Source: an uncultured Acidobacteriota bacterium
GTDB lineage: Bacteria; Acidobacteriota; Thermoanaerobaculia; Multivoradales; UBA5704
Direction of reading: 5' to 3'
DNA length: 64,000 nucleotides
NCBI GenBank assembly: GCA_963698025.1
Contig: OY969112.1
Location: forward strand, 1,684,455-1,748,454
Position 1 is the stretch's first letter, and every line of letters starts with the position of its first letter. Made by a program: the position numbers and the translations under genes. Of the stretch, positions 40,298 through 51,906 are shown piece after piece. The notes below the pieces were generated by a model that saw only the letters and a list, made by a program, of their open reading frames with translations, made no database searches and was not told the origin of the DNA.

Positions 40298-40465
40298 CCC
40301 TGTTCCCGCTTGGGAGACCCCTATACCAGGAGGGTATACCCCTCTCCCAACTTGGGAGACCCCTATACCTCGGAGGTATACCCCTGTACCCGCTTGGGGG
40401 ATCCCTGTACCCGGCGGGTATACCCCTCTCCCAAGTTGGGGGACCCCTCTCCCAAACGGTGGGCG
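40298..40465. repeat. Tandem array of eight 21-bp palindromic units
   Basis: Units start at 40298, 40319, 40340, 40361, 40382, 40403, 40424 and 40445, all with CCCT. Confidence 0.85.
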
Positions 40466-40487
40466 CTGTGCGATCATCCGGTCCGCC

Positions 40488-41027
40488 ATGGCCCTGACCT
40501 CAACGATCTACAACTTCGACGTCGAGCTCGCCGATTCGGACCGCGGAGTCTACGAGACGCTCGCCATCCGCGCCGCGCTCCACCCCTCGGAGACCGAGGA
40601 GTACCTCTGGACCCGCGTGCTCGCCTACTGCCTTCAGTACGAGCAGGACATCGCCTTCTCGAAGGGGCTCTCGGACGGCGACGAGCCCGCCCTCTGGGTG
40701 CGCGACCCGGCCGGCCGGATCAAGGCCTGGATCGAGGTCGGCACCCCGGACGCCGCGCGCCTCCACAAAGCCGCCAAGGCGGCGGACCGGGTGGCAGTCT
40801 ACACCCACAAGGACCCGCACTCCCTCCTCCGCCGTCTCGAAGGCGAGCGTATCCACCGCGGCGAGGAGATCCCCATCTACGCCGTGGACCGCCAGCTCCT
40901 CCAGGACCTCGTCGCCATACTCGACCGGCGGATGAAGCTTCACTTGTCGGTGACCGGGAGGTCGCTGTACGTGGATGTAGGTGGGAAGAGCTTTTCGGGG
41001 GTGGTGACGGAGCACCGGATCGGGTGA
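40488..41027 (+). CDS. yaeQ: YaeQ-family protein
   Basis: 'MAL.STIY......AD.DR..Y', 'HPSET', 'F.KGLS..DEP.LW', 'WIEVG.PD'. Confidence 0.92.
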   Translation: MALTSTIYNFDVELADSDRGVYETLAIRAALHPSETEEYLWTRVLAYCLQYEQDIAFSKGLSDGDEPALWVRDPAGRIKAWIEVGTPDAARLHKAAKAADRVAVYTHKDPHSLLRRLEGERIHRGEEIPIYAVDRQLLQDLVAILDRRMKLHLSVTGRSLYVDVGGKSFSGVVTEHRIG

Positions 41028-41048
41028 GCCCTGAACAGGAGCAGGCAA

Positions 41049-41600
41049 ATGAAGAAATCCCCTGAGGAAATCACCCTGCCTCCTCTGGCCGCCAAGGCTG
41101 AACGCGCCATGAAAGAAGCCGTGGCCGCTGCGATTGCCGAGCACTGGCGGGCCGGCCGACCGCTCCATATCTGGCGGGATGAACAGGTCATGGCCCTATA
41201 CCCGGACGGTACCACCCGACCCTCAAAGGAGGCGTTCTTGACTCCCAACTTCAACACAGCCTCGACATCCGATTTCAACGCCGCCCTCGGCCTGCGCTCC
41301 GGAGATGAGCCGGGCACGCTGATTCTCGATCCCCGGCCCGAGCATCAGGTCGCTCCCGACGTCGTCCATTTCGCCATCCTGACCACCCTGGCCGAGATCT
41401 CGGCCGCGAGCGCCGTGGGCGCGCCGGTGGTGCCGGCGACGGTGACCGTCCACCTCCTCTCCCGCGCCCGCCTCGCGCCTCTGGTGGGGAGAGGACGGTT
41501 GCTGCGGAAAGGAAAGCGCCTGGCGGTGGCGGAGGGGGAGGTCACCCAGGATGGCCAGCTGGTGGCCAAGGCGACGGTGCAGTTCGCGGTCCTCGGCTGA
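41049..41600 (+). CDS. PaaI/hotdog thioesterase with an unrelated small N-terminal domain in frame (internal start probably TTG 41238)
   Basis: Hotdog motifs 'H......VH', 'G..LR.GK..AV.EGEV...G.LVAKA'; internal AAGGAGG RBS before TTG 41238. Confidence 0.75.
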   Translation: MKKSPEEITLPPLAAKAERAMKEAVAAAIAEHWRAGRPLHIWRDEQVMALYPDGTTRPSKEAFLTPNFNTASTSDFNAALGLRSGDEPGTLILDPRPEHQVAPDVVHFAILTTLAEISAASAVGAPVVPATVTVHLLSRARLAPLVGRGRLLRKGKRLAVAEGEVTQDGQLVAKATVQFAVLG

Positions 41601-41649
41601 AGAAGACAGCCGCCTTCGAGAGATGAAGACGGCTGTCAAGCCACGGGAA

Positions 41650-42852
41650 TCAAGGGCAGGTGATCGATTGCCGCCAAGTGCTGTCGATCATCTGGATCAC
41701 ACTGAATCCGTTCGGGGTGTCGAGTCCTGTCTGCCCATCTCTCAAGTCGGGTCTGTTGTAACCCCCGGGCCCGCTATATGCCCAGACGATCCACATCCGA
41801 GCGCCCCAGTTGAAGACGTTGTAGGCGTGGTTCGTGAAGCAACTCGAGCGGTTGGCCGCCGTCCCGCTACCCGGGGCTCCTACGTTACAACCCCACTCAC
41901 CAACGTAGATTCTGTCGTGAGGTAGCCCGCTTGCCGAGGCGATACTGTTCAGCTTTGTCACGATCTTCGACGCGTTGGCATCCCACGCGGAATAAGAAAG
42001 GAAGTCGGGGCGCGGGTTCATATTGGCAACAATTCGCTCGAGAACGTTTTTGCCAGGGTTGTGCGGGGACGGAAAGTCCGGCACCTGCTTGAGCTCCACC
42101 GCATGAAATACACGCAGGTTGGCGGTGGCATACTGCTGCCGCGCGGCGGCGACTCCGTTCTGCCGCGCCTGGAGAAGCGCCTGGTAGGAGTCGACGTCGA
42201 CCTGATTCGGGGGCCATGTCGCACCGGAAAGGCAGGCGGGATTGTTCCTCGGCCAGTACGCGATCTGATTGTCGGACTCCCATCCGGTCAGGATCACGGT
42301 TTTGTTGAGCGTGCCGTACCTCTGATAAAGCATTTGGGCCACCAGGCCATAGTCGGTGTCCAGGTCGGCCACCTGGAAGCCGGTGGTCCCGCAGATCGTG
42401 GACTGCTGTGCCTGCTGGGGAGGCATGATGGTCTGGTTGTAGAACGGCCTGAAGACCACGACGCTGATGCGGCTGTCGTTGAAGACGGCATCCAGCTGGT
42501 TGTTCACGAGCGATTGATAGATCGGCCAGATCTTGGCGATCGCGAAGCCGCGGGTCGCGATATTCCCCACCGTCGTCGTCGTCGGTTGCCCGAGGCTGAA
42601 GCCGACAAGGTCGGTGAATCCTTCATTGATCCCCGGCGCCCGCAGAGGTATGCAGGCGTCAAGCGACCGCGCCCAGCCCGGAACCGTGGCCGCCGAGCAG
42701 AGAAGCATGGCGAGTAAAAAGGCACGCCAGCGGTAATGAAACGATCCTCCACCGGATGCCGGCTGCGGAACAACGGATGAAACATCCCGGTTCTCCACCG
42801 GCCTTTGATCTTTCATGGCACTTTGCATCGGGGTCTCCTTTTTTTGAATCAT
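41650..42852 (-). CDS. Secreted hypothetical protein, possibly a glycoside-hydrolase-like barrel
   Basis: Signal-like segment; 'WESDN', 'DFLSYSAW', 'YVGEWG'; start uncertain (42852 or 42828). Confidence 0.7.
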   Translation of the reverse strand: MIQKKETPMQSAMKDQRPVENRDVSSVVPQPASGGGSFHYRWRAFLLAMLLCSAATVPGWARSLDACIPLRAPGINEGFTDLVGFSLGQPTTTTVGNIATRGFAIAKIWPIYQSLVNNQLDAVFNDSRISVVVFRPFYNQTIMPPQQAQQSTICGTTGFQVADLDTDYGLVAQMLYQRYGTLNKTVILTGWESDNQIAYWPRNNPACLSGATWPPNQVDVDSYQALLQARQNGVAAARQQYATANLRVFHAVELKQVPDFPSPHNPGKNVLERIVANMNPRPDFLSYSAWDANASKIVTKLNSIASASGLPHDRIYVGEWGCNVGAPGSGTAANRSSCFTNHAYNVFNWGARMWIVWAYSGPGGYNRPDLRDGQTGLDTPNGFSVIQMIDSTWRQSITCP

Positions 42853-42918
42853 GATGCCGAAGTTGAAACCATGATGATTGTAGCCAGGCGGATCTATATT
42901 CCAAGCTTAATCCGATCT

Positions 42919-42960
42919 CTGATTTTAAATGGGTACCCCCTGATTTTAAATGGGTATCCC
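42919..42960. repeat. AT-rich 21-bp direct repeat, two copies
   Basis: CTGATTTTAAATGGGTACCCC / CTGATTTTAAATGGGTATCCC. Confidence 0.8.
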
Positions 42961-43072
42961 ATGGCGCCATCGCCGGCGCACCTCATGCAAGCGGTGCCGC
43001 AGCAATGATTTCTCTATTGCGGATTTTACCGCGGGTTTTACTGCGGCTTTCGCGCGCCGGCTGGAGGCGGAT

Positions 43073-45295
43073 TCAGTTCACGTATCCCAGAGCCCGCAGC
43101 CGCTTGCGGGTCTCGCGATCGACGGTATCCTCCTCGGGTCCTTTCGAGGTGGTCCGTCCGCGTTCGATCCAGGCCAGGAGGCGCGAGCGCAGCCAGGCAG
43201 CCTCGAGAGTGCCGCTGCCGACGAGATTCACGGTCTCGCCCGGATCCTTTTCGAGGTCGAACAGGTACTCGGGATCGTGCGAGCGCCCCAACCCCTCTCC
43301 CATGCCCCAGCCGAGACCCGTCCGCGGTGCCCAGATCAGCTTGAGGCGGCGCGAAGAAGCGGCGTAGATGCCTCCCTTTACATTCGAAGCCGCTGCCAGG
43401 TGGAGCTCTTCGTTCTCTTTCCCCAACCGGAGCAACGAACGACCTCTGGTCCCCTGGGGTGGCGCGACACCGGCGAGCTCGAGGAGAGTCGCGTAGAGGT
43501 CCATGGTGTTGGTCGGTGCCGCGATGGCCGCAGGCCGCAGCCGGCTCGGGGCCCAGAGGATCAGCGGGATGCGCAGCATCTCTTCGAACAGGGTGTAGCC
43601 GTGAAGAACGCCCCCATGGTCGAAGAGCTCCTCGCCATGGTCGGCGGTGAGCGCGACCAGGGTATCGGCGGGAAGAGCCCAGGCGCCGAGGCCCGCCAGG
43701 AAATGCCCCAGCTCGGCGTCGTTATAGGCGTAGGAGCCGGTGTAGAGCCCGGCGAGCCTCTGCCGGTCCGCCGGCGTCGCCGCGATCCGTTTCTGCTTGA
43801 TGCCGAGCAGGGTCTCGGTGCTGCCGTCGATGCCCGATCCGATCCCCGCCGTGAAACGGGACCGGAAGGGCTCGGGTGGCTCATAGGGATTGTGGGGGTG
43901 GATGGTGTGCAGATACAGAAACGCCTTCTCCCCCGGCGGCAGTGAGCGGAGCCAGGCCAGGGCGCGCTCCTGGACCCGCGCAGCATTGTCGTTGTAGGGC
44001 GGCTTGACAGGACCGGCGTAGTAGTAGCTGTCGAAGTACACGTCGCCGGCCACGTGATCGAATCCACGGTCGGTGCCGAAGGCTGGGCCGACATGGGGGT
44101 TGCCGGAGAAGAGGCCGGTGCGATAGCCCGCCGCGTGGAGGAGCTCGGCGAGGGTCTTGCCGTCCTCGGGGTGGAGCTTCCAGCCGCCGTGCTCGACGAA
44201 GGTCCGGCCGGTGAAAAGAGCCTTCGTGGACGGCAGAGTGTCCGGAGCGACGCTGCGATGGGCCCGGAAGGTCAACCCTTCCTGCGCCAGACGGTCGGAC
44301 GTGGGAGAGGCGCCCGCCGGTCCGCCCAGATAGCCGGGCCGGTCGGCCCGCAACGCGTCCATGACGTAGAGCACGATCAGTTTCGGGGGTTGCCTCTTTT
44401 GCGGCTGGCGGGGCGCTTTTTCCTGGTCCGCCGAGATGGGCCTGTCCGCTGCCGCTCGCCCAGCCAACCCCAGGGCCTGCCAGCGCCCCGCGGGGCCGGC
44501 GCCCGAGGCCCGCAGCCGGACTCGCACGAATCCCTTCTCCTTCCCCACCGGCAGCGAGAGTGCCCGCCGGCCGCGCCGCCACCAGCTGGGAGCCCAGGAA
44601 AAACGCTGCACCTCCCGGCCATCCTCCCGTTCCAGGGTGAGCTCGAAGCTCTGCCCGGGACGCGGAGCGTCTGGAGGCATGAAGCTTCCCACCAGGACCT
44701 CGCCGCCCGCCACCGGCCGCACGAAGTCCACCAGCGAAGGTCCGCTCTGTACGAGGTCGGCCCCCGCGGTCTTCGCCCCCCCGACCTCGGAGGGCGCGCG
44801 GACAGCGGCGGCGGCCACCTCGATTTGCCCGGCTTCGAAGGTCAGGTCGACCGGCACCCGTCCCAGCGGCAGCTGCGAAAGCGGCAAGCGCAGCTCGAGC
44901 GGATCGGCAAGCGGAAAGGTTCCCACGGTCCGCCCGCCGGCCCGAACCCGCACGTTGCCCCTGGGCGATCCCGCTCCATCGGCGAAGTCGATCGCCAGCG
45001 TCCGGTCCTGCTGTTCCAGGTTGACCAGCTCGAGGCGCGCCGGCTGCCCGTCGAGGGGCGGGATCAGGACCCGGAGCCCGTCCGCTCGCCGCTCGCCGAG
45101 CCAGCCGGTGAGGAAACGGCCGCCTTCGAGGGCGGGCGGCCAGGCAACCTCTCGGCGCTCGACGAGCACGTCGGGTGCGTGATCGCCGTCGAGCAGCAAC
45201 CTCACGGGCCCCGGCGAAACGGACCGCGCCCCTCTGGAGCACCCCACCAGAAGCGTGAGTGTCAGGAGACGCGCTAGAGGGTCGATCGGCTTCAT
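43073..45295 (-). CDS. Sulfatase-like (alkaline phosphatase superfamily) lipoprotein
   Basis: LLVGC lipobox; 'DALRAD', 'TLPS...LFTG', 'PH.PY.PP', 'ADHGEE..DHG...HG'. Confidence 0.88.
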   Translation of the reverse strand: MKPIDPLARLLTLTLLVGCSRGARSVSPGPVRLLLDGDHAPDVLVERREVAWPPALEGGRFLTGWLGERRADGLRVLIPPLDGQPARLELVNLEQQDRTLAIDFADGAGSPRGNVRVRAGGRTVGTFPLADPLELRLPLSQLPLGRVPVDLTFEAGQIEVAAAAVRAPSEVGGAKTAGADLVQSGPSLVDFVRPVAGGEVLVGSFMPPDAPRPGQSFELTLEREDGREVQRFSWAPSWWRRGRRALSLPVGKEKGFVRVRLRASGAGPAGRWQALGLAGRAAADRPISADQEKAPRQPQKRQPPKLIVLYVMDALRADRPGYLGGPAGASPTSDRLAQEGLTFRAHRSVAPDTLPSTKALFTGRTFVEHGGWKLHPEDGKTLAELLHAAGYRTGLFSGNPHVGPAFGTDRGFDHVAGDVYFDSYYYAGPVKPPYNDNAARVQERALAWLRSLPPGEKAFLYLHTIHPHNPYEPPEPFRSRFTAGIGSGIDGSTETLLGIKQKRIAATPADRQRLAGLYTGSYAYNDAELGHFLAGLGAWALPADTLVALTADHGEELFDHGGVLHGYTLFEEMLRIPLILWAPSRLRPAAIAAPTNTMDLYATLLELAGVAPPQGTRGRSLLRLGKENEELHLAAASNVKGGIYAASSRRLKLIWAPRTGLGWGMGEGLGRSHDPEYLFDLEKDPGETVNLVGSGTLEAAWLRSRLLAWIERGRTTSKGPEEDTVDRETRKRLRALGYVN

Positions 45296-45332
45296 CGATC
45301 AAACTGGCCGGGAACTAAGGAGGGACCTGGTC

Positions 45333-46102
45333 TTAGCCGCCGCTCGCCGCCGTCTTCGCCGTCCCCTTGGTCTTGGCCTTGAGGTAATCCCGATTCATCC
45401 GGGCGATGAAGTCGATCGAGATCTCCTTCGGGCAGACGGCTTCGCATTCGGCGTAGTTGGAGCAGTAGCCGAAGCCCTCCTGGTCCATCGCCTCGACCAT
45501 CGAGAGGGCGCGGTCGAAGCGCTCGGCCTGCCCCTGCGGCAGCATGTTGAGGTGCGAGACCTTGGCGGAGGTGAAGAGGTTCGCCGCGCCGTTCGGACAC
45601 TGGGCCACGCAGGCGCCGCAGGCGATGCACTGGGCGGCGTCGAAGGCGCGGTCGGCGATCGGCTTGGGGATCGGCGTCAGGTTGGCCTCCGGCGCGCTGC
45701 CGGTCGAAACCGAGATGAAGCCGCCGGACTGGACGATGCGGTCGAAGGCGCCGCGGTCCACCACCAGATCCTTGATCACCGGGAACGCCCGGGACCGCCA
45801 CGGCTCGACGTGCAGCACGTCGCCGTCCTTGAAGTGGCGCATGTGGAGCTGGCAGACGGTGGTGGCCGGCATCGGCCCGTGCGCCTCGCCGTTGATCATG
45901 AAGCCGCAGGAGCCGCAGATCCCCTCGCGGCAGTCGTGCTCGAAGGCGATCGGCTCCTCGCCGCGCTCGGCGAGCTGCTCGTTGAGGATGTCCAGCATCT
46001 CGAGGAAGGAGGCGTGCTCGTTGACGTCCCTGGCCTCGTATTTGACCATGCGACCCTCGTCCGCGGGGCCCCTCTGACGCCAGACGTGGAGAGTCAGGTT
46101 CA

Positions 46103-46103
<1 letters not shown>
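45333..46103 (-). CDS. sdhB: Succinate dehydrogenase/fumarate reductase Fe-S subunit
   Basis: [32 protein letters not shown]. Confidence 0.96.
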
Positions 46104-48043
<1,940 letters not shown>

Positions 48044-48055
48044 TCGCGCGCGCTC

Positions 48056-48769
48056 CTAACGGACCAGGCCGGTCAGCACGGCCAGGGGAAACGAGATGTT
48101 GCCGATCGTGATGATCCAGGCGAAGGCGTGGGCGAAGCCGCTGCGCCAGCGGTTGAAGCGCGGCTGGTTCCAGCCGAGCGACTGGAACAGGCTCCACAGC
48201 CCGTGGTAGAGGTGGAAGCCGAGCGCCACCTGGGCCAGGATGTAGAACAGCGCCACGTACCAGAGCGAGAAGCTGGCGACCACGTTGTGGTAGACGTCCC
48301 CCTCGACGTAGTTGGGGTTGACGACGCCGGCGGTGAAGTCCAGCAGGTGATAGATGACGAACAGGAGCACGATCACCCCGCCCCAGCGCATGGTGCGCGA
48401 GGCGTAGGTGGTGTGGATCTTGGGGCGGACCGCGTAGCTCCGCGGCCGCGCCGCCCGGCTCATCCGCGCCAGCTGCCAGGCGGCCCAGATGTGCAGGAGG
48501 ACCGCGGCCAGCAGGACGACGCGGACGATCCAGAGCGCTCCGTAGTCCGGGAGCGCCGGCGATCCCACGTGGCGCAGGAAGGTGCCGTAGGCGTTGAGGT
48601 AGCGAACCCCCTCGCCGGTCTCCCCCGGCGCCTTGTAGAGGCCGGGCTCGTACAGCTTCAGGTTGCCGATCAGGTGCAAGACGATGAAGCCGAAGAGGAC
48701 GATGCCGGTGACGGCCATCACCGCCTTCTTGCCCACCGCGGATCGATAGAGATCAGAGAACCAGGACAT
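48056..48769 (-). CDS. sdhC: Succinate dehydrogenase cytochrome b558 subunit (5-TM)
   Basis: 'VGKK.VMAVTG', conserved His residues, 'HL.HG.WS.FQSLG'. Confidence 0.94.
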   Translation of the reverse strand: MSWFSDLYRSAVGKKAVMAVTGIVLFGFIVLHLIGNLKLYEPGLYKAPGETGEGVRYLNAYGTFLRHVGSPALPDYGALWIVRVVLLAAVLLHIWAAWQLARMSRAARPRSYAVRPKIHTTYASRTMRWGGVIVLLFVIYHLLDFTAGVVNPNYVEGDVYHNVVASFSLWYVALFYILAQVALGFHLYHGLWSLFQSLGWNQPRFNRWRSGFAHAFAWIITIGNISFPLAVLTGLVR

Positions 48770-48838
48770 GGGGTTTCCTCATCGGAAGCTCGGACCGGCT
48801 CCTATCCTATGCCAGGGGCTTCCGGTTTGTGAAACCTG

Positions 48839-50194
48839 TCACAAGGGGGGACGGCGGCGGCGGCGGCGGCGCGGTCGCGCGCCGGCCTCGCTCTCGGCCG
48901 GCGCCTTGAGCGGCGGCCGGCGGCGGGCGGCGGCCTGCCAGGCGGCGAGCGCCTCGGTCCCCTCTCCCGTGGCCAGGACGAGGATCTCGAACAGGAACAG
49001 GGCATCGTCGAAGTAGGGCTTGCGGGCGAGCTTCTGCCGCTCGTGGGGGGTGCCGCCCGGCTCGCACAGGCGCTGGAATCCCATCAGCGCGTGGAACACC
49101 TGCTGGGCCCGCAGGTTGGAGAGGGTGAGACGGGAGAAGAACGGCGCGATCTCCTCCTGGATCAGGGTCTCGATCTCCGGCCGGCTCATCGGCTTGCCAT
49201 CCAGGGCCTCGACGTCGAGCCGCCTGAGCATGACCTTGGGCAGCAGCAGGGCGGCGAGGAGGCCGGTGTCGGAGAGCGGCCGGTCGGCGGCCACCATGCG
49301 GTCGATCACCGGCAGGATCTGCCCGAAATCCCCCAATCCGCGCGCACCGGCGGTCAGCATGGCGTAGGCCTCGGGGATCAGCACCTGCAGCAGGTCGAGC
49401 TCCAGCATCCACTGCATGGCGGCGCCGGCGCGCCCGCACTTGAGGAGCTGGACGATCTCCTCGGTCACCCGCGCCGGCGAGGCCTTTTCGAGCTCCTTGC
49501 TGTGGCGATGGATCGACTCCTGGGTTTTGGTCTCGATGCCGAATCCCATCCGCCCGGCGAACTCGCAGGCGCGCAGCATCCGCACCGGATCCTCACGGAA
49601 TCGCAGGTCCGGATCGCCGATGGCGCGGATCAGCTTGCGCTCGAGGTCCTCGATGCCGCCGACGTGGTCGATGACCGAGTAGTCGCCGACGCTGTAGAAC
49701 AGGGCGTTGACCGTGAAGTCGCGGCGGAAGGCGTCCTGCCGGGGGGTGCCGTAGGTGTTGTCGCTGGTGATCAGCAGCTCCCCCGGCTCCCCCCGCTGCT
49801 CCTCCGGATCGGGGTCGCGGCGGAAGGTCGAGACCTCGACGGTGCTGCCGTCGTGGAAGAAGACGTGCACCAGCCGGAAGCGCCGGCCGATGATCCGCGA
49901 GTTGGAGAACAGGCGCCGGATCTCGTTTGGCTTGGCGTTGGTGCCGATGTCGAAGTCTTTGGGCGTGCGTCCCATCATGAGGTCGCGCACGCTCCCCCCC
50001 ACCAGGTAGGCCGCATAGCCCGAATTGTGGAGGCGGTAGAGGACCTTGAGAGCGTTCTTGTCGATATCCCGGCGGGAGATGGGGTGCTCGGCGCGAGCCA
50101 GGATGCGCGGCTCCACCTCGGCGTTCTCGCTCACGGGTTGGTGGCTCACGGGTCGCTGGCTCACGGGTGGATCATAAGGGGCGTGGACTGACAT
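48839..50194 (-). CDS. pcnB: Poly(A) polymerase I
   Basis: 'VGG.VRD....PKDFD', PAP signature 'IIGRRFRLVHV', RRDFT.NA, EDPVRMLRA, basic tail. Confidence 0.93.
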   Translation of the reverse strand: MSVHAPYDPPVSQRPVSHQPVSENAEVEPRILARAEHPISRRDIDKNALKVLYRLHNSGYAAYLVGGSVRDLMMGRTPKDFDIGTNAKPNEIRRLFSNSRIIGRRFRLVHVFFHDGSTVEVSTFRRDPDPEEQRGEPGELLITSDNTYGTPRQDAFRRDFTVNALFYSVGDYSVIDHVGGIEDLERKLIRAIGDPDLRFREDPVRMLRACEFAGRMGFGIETKTQESIHRHSKELEKASPARVTEEIVQLLKCGRAGAAMQWMLELDLLQVLIPEAYAMLTAGARGLGDFGQILPVIDRMVAADRPLSDTGLLAALLLPKVMLRRLDVEALDGKPMSRPEIETLIQEEIAPFFSRLTLSNLRAQQVFHALMGFQRLCEPGGTPHERQKLARKPYFDDALFLFEILVLATGEGTEALAAWQAAARRRPPLKAPAESEAGARPRRRRRRRPPL

Positions 50195-50303
50195 CGATAA
50201 ACAGCTATATCTTGCAACGCAAGGGATTTAGCGCTCCCGGAAGCGGTCCGAGGGCGCAGGCCAGACTCTATCGGGGTCCGACAAGGGAGGCAAGCGGGGG
50301 GAG

Positions 50304-50484
50304 AAAAAAAGAGGGCCGAGGCGGGCGGAGGGCATTAAGACCCGCCCCGGCACCGGAGGGAGAGGAGATTGCCTTGCTATCTTCTTCGCCGCCGCGGCGG
50401 CTTCGCAGCCTCTCCGCGGCGTCTGTCTTCGGGTTCAAAGATCCGCCGGCTCCGCCCGTCCTCGCATCCACCCGGCTCTTGCCA
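50304..50484 (-). ncRNA. Candidate sRNA D (about 180 nt)
   Basis: Minus strand: hairpins, CTCCTCTCCCTCC, GCCGGGGCGGG..CCCGCCTCGGC stem plus T7; upstream TGGCAC-GGTTC-GTGGA (imperfect -12) and an IHF-like tract; 5' end approximate. Confidence 0.5.
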
Positions 50485-50646
50485 TTCTCTAGATTCCACG
50501 AACCGTGCCAGGGGTGCGGCGGATCGGCCCATGCTTTGTTTTCAGCAACTTACCTGCGGGAGAAGATCGGAGGGGCGTATGGTGGGACGGACGCGTGTCC
50601 CTTGGCGGTGACGGGGGTGGAGCCTGGGGGTGACTACGCTTCGAAA

Positions 50647-51867
50647 TCACCCCAACTTGGTGACGATGTCGATCTCCGAGATCAGCGTGCGGTGCACGGG
50701 GCAGCGATCGGCCATCTCCAGCAGGCGCACGCGCTGCTCGCCGGTGAGCGCGCCGAGCACCTCGATCTCGCGTTCGATGCGGTCGATCTTGCCGATCTTG
50801 GTCTCGCACTTGGCGCAGTCGAGGGCGTGGACCTTGGAGTAGCGGAGCCGCACGCGGACCCCTTCCAGCGGCAGCTGCTTGCGATCGGCGTACATCCGGA
50901 GCGTCATCGAGGTGCAGGCCCCGAGCGCCCCGAGCAGCAGGTCGTAGGGGGTCGGCCCCAATTCGGTCCCCCCCACCTCCCTGGGCTCGTCGGCCACCAG
51001 GCGGTGCCGGTGGGCGATGATCTCCTGCGCGAAGCCGCTGGGAGGCCCCACGACCAGCACCTCCCCCTCCTTGCCGATCTCGGGCTCGGTCTCCCCTACA
51101 GGCTGCACCCCTTCGAGATACCGCTCCGCCCAGACGGCCAGCACGTCGCCGACGTAGCGGGCGTCCCGCTCGTCGCTCAGCAGATGATTGGCCGTATCCA
51201 GGGAGATGAAGCTCTTGGGGTGCTTCGCCATCTCGAAGAGCCGCCGGGCGTGATCGATGCCGACGGTGGCGTCCACCGGCGAGTGGAAGATCAGCAGCGC
51301 CCGGTGGAGCCTTTCGAGGACACCCCTGAGATGATCCTCCGCCAGATCGTCCAGCAGCTCGCGGCGGACGCGAAACGGACGGCCGCCGAGATGGACCTCG
51401 ACCTCGCCGCGCGCTTCGAGCTCGGGAGCGAGGCGGACCAGCGCCTGCTTCAGGTGCTCGGTGTCGCTGGGGGCCGCGATCGTCGAGATGGCGCGGGCCT
51501 CGGGGATCCGCTCCGCCGCCGCCAGCACGGCGCAGCCGCCGAGGCTGTGGCCGATCAGCAGGACCGGGGCCGCGCGCTCGCGGCGCAGGAAGTCGGCCGC
51601 CGCCACCAGGTCCTCCACGTTCGAGGAGAAGTCGGTGTCCGCGAAGTCCCCCTCGCTCTCCCCCGTGCCGGTGAAGTCGAAGCGCAGCACGGCGATCCCC
51701 CGTTCCGTGAGGGCGCTGCTGATCCAGCCGGCCGCCTTCAGATCCTTCGAGCAGGTGAAGCAGTGGGCGAAGAGGGCGTAGGCGACGGGGGTCCCCGCCG
51801 GGCTGTCGAGACGCGCCGCCAGGCTCTGACCCCGGGAGCCGGGAAACCGCAGGTGCTCGCTGTTCAT
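50647..51867 (-). CDS. Alpha/beta hydrolase-OsmC fusion protein
   Basis: 'AHCFTCSKD', GHSLGG, 'DEP...GG...GP.PY.LL..ALG.CT..T', 'CPVHRTL'. Confidence 0.94.
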   Translation of the reverse strand: MNSEHLRFPGSRGQSLAARLDSPAGTPVAYALFAHCFTCSKDLKAAGWISSALTERGIAVLRFDFTGTGESEGDFADTDFSSNVEDLVAAADFLRRERAAPVLLIGHSLGGCAVLAAAERIPEARAISTIAAPSDTEHLKQALVRLAPELEARGEVEVHLGGRPFRVRRELLDDLAEDHLRGVLERLHRALLIFHSPVDATVGIDHARRLFEMAKHPKSFISLDTANHLLSDERDARYVGDVLAVWAERYLEGVQPVGETEPEIGKEGEVLVVGPPSGFAQEIIAHRHRLVADEPREVGGTELGPTPYDLLLGALGACTSMTLRMYADRKQLPLEGVRVRLRYSKVHALDCAKCETKIGKIDRIEREIEVLGALTGEQRVRLLEMADRCPVHRTLISEIDIVTKLG

Positions 51868-51906
51868 GGTCCCACGATCGTAGCACCCCCGGGATACACT
51901 ACCCGC

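Noticed and set aside
40246-40497. 83-aa heptad-repeat ORF over the 21-bp array
   Set aside because: No RBS, and variation preserves DNA palindromy rather than codons; not fully excluded
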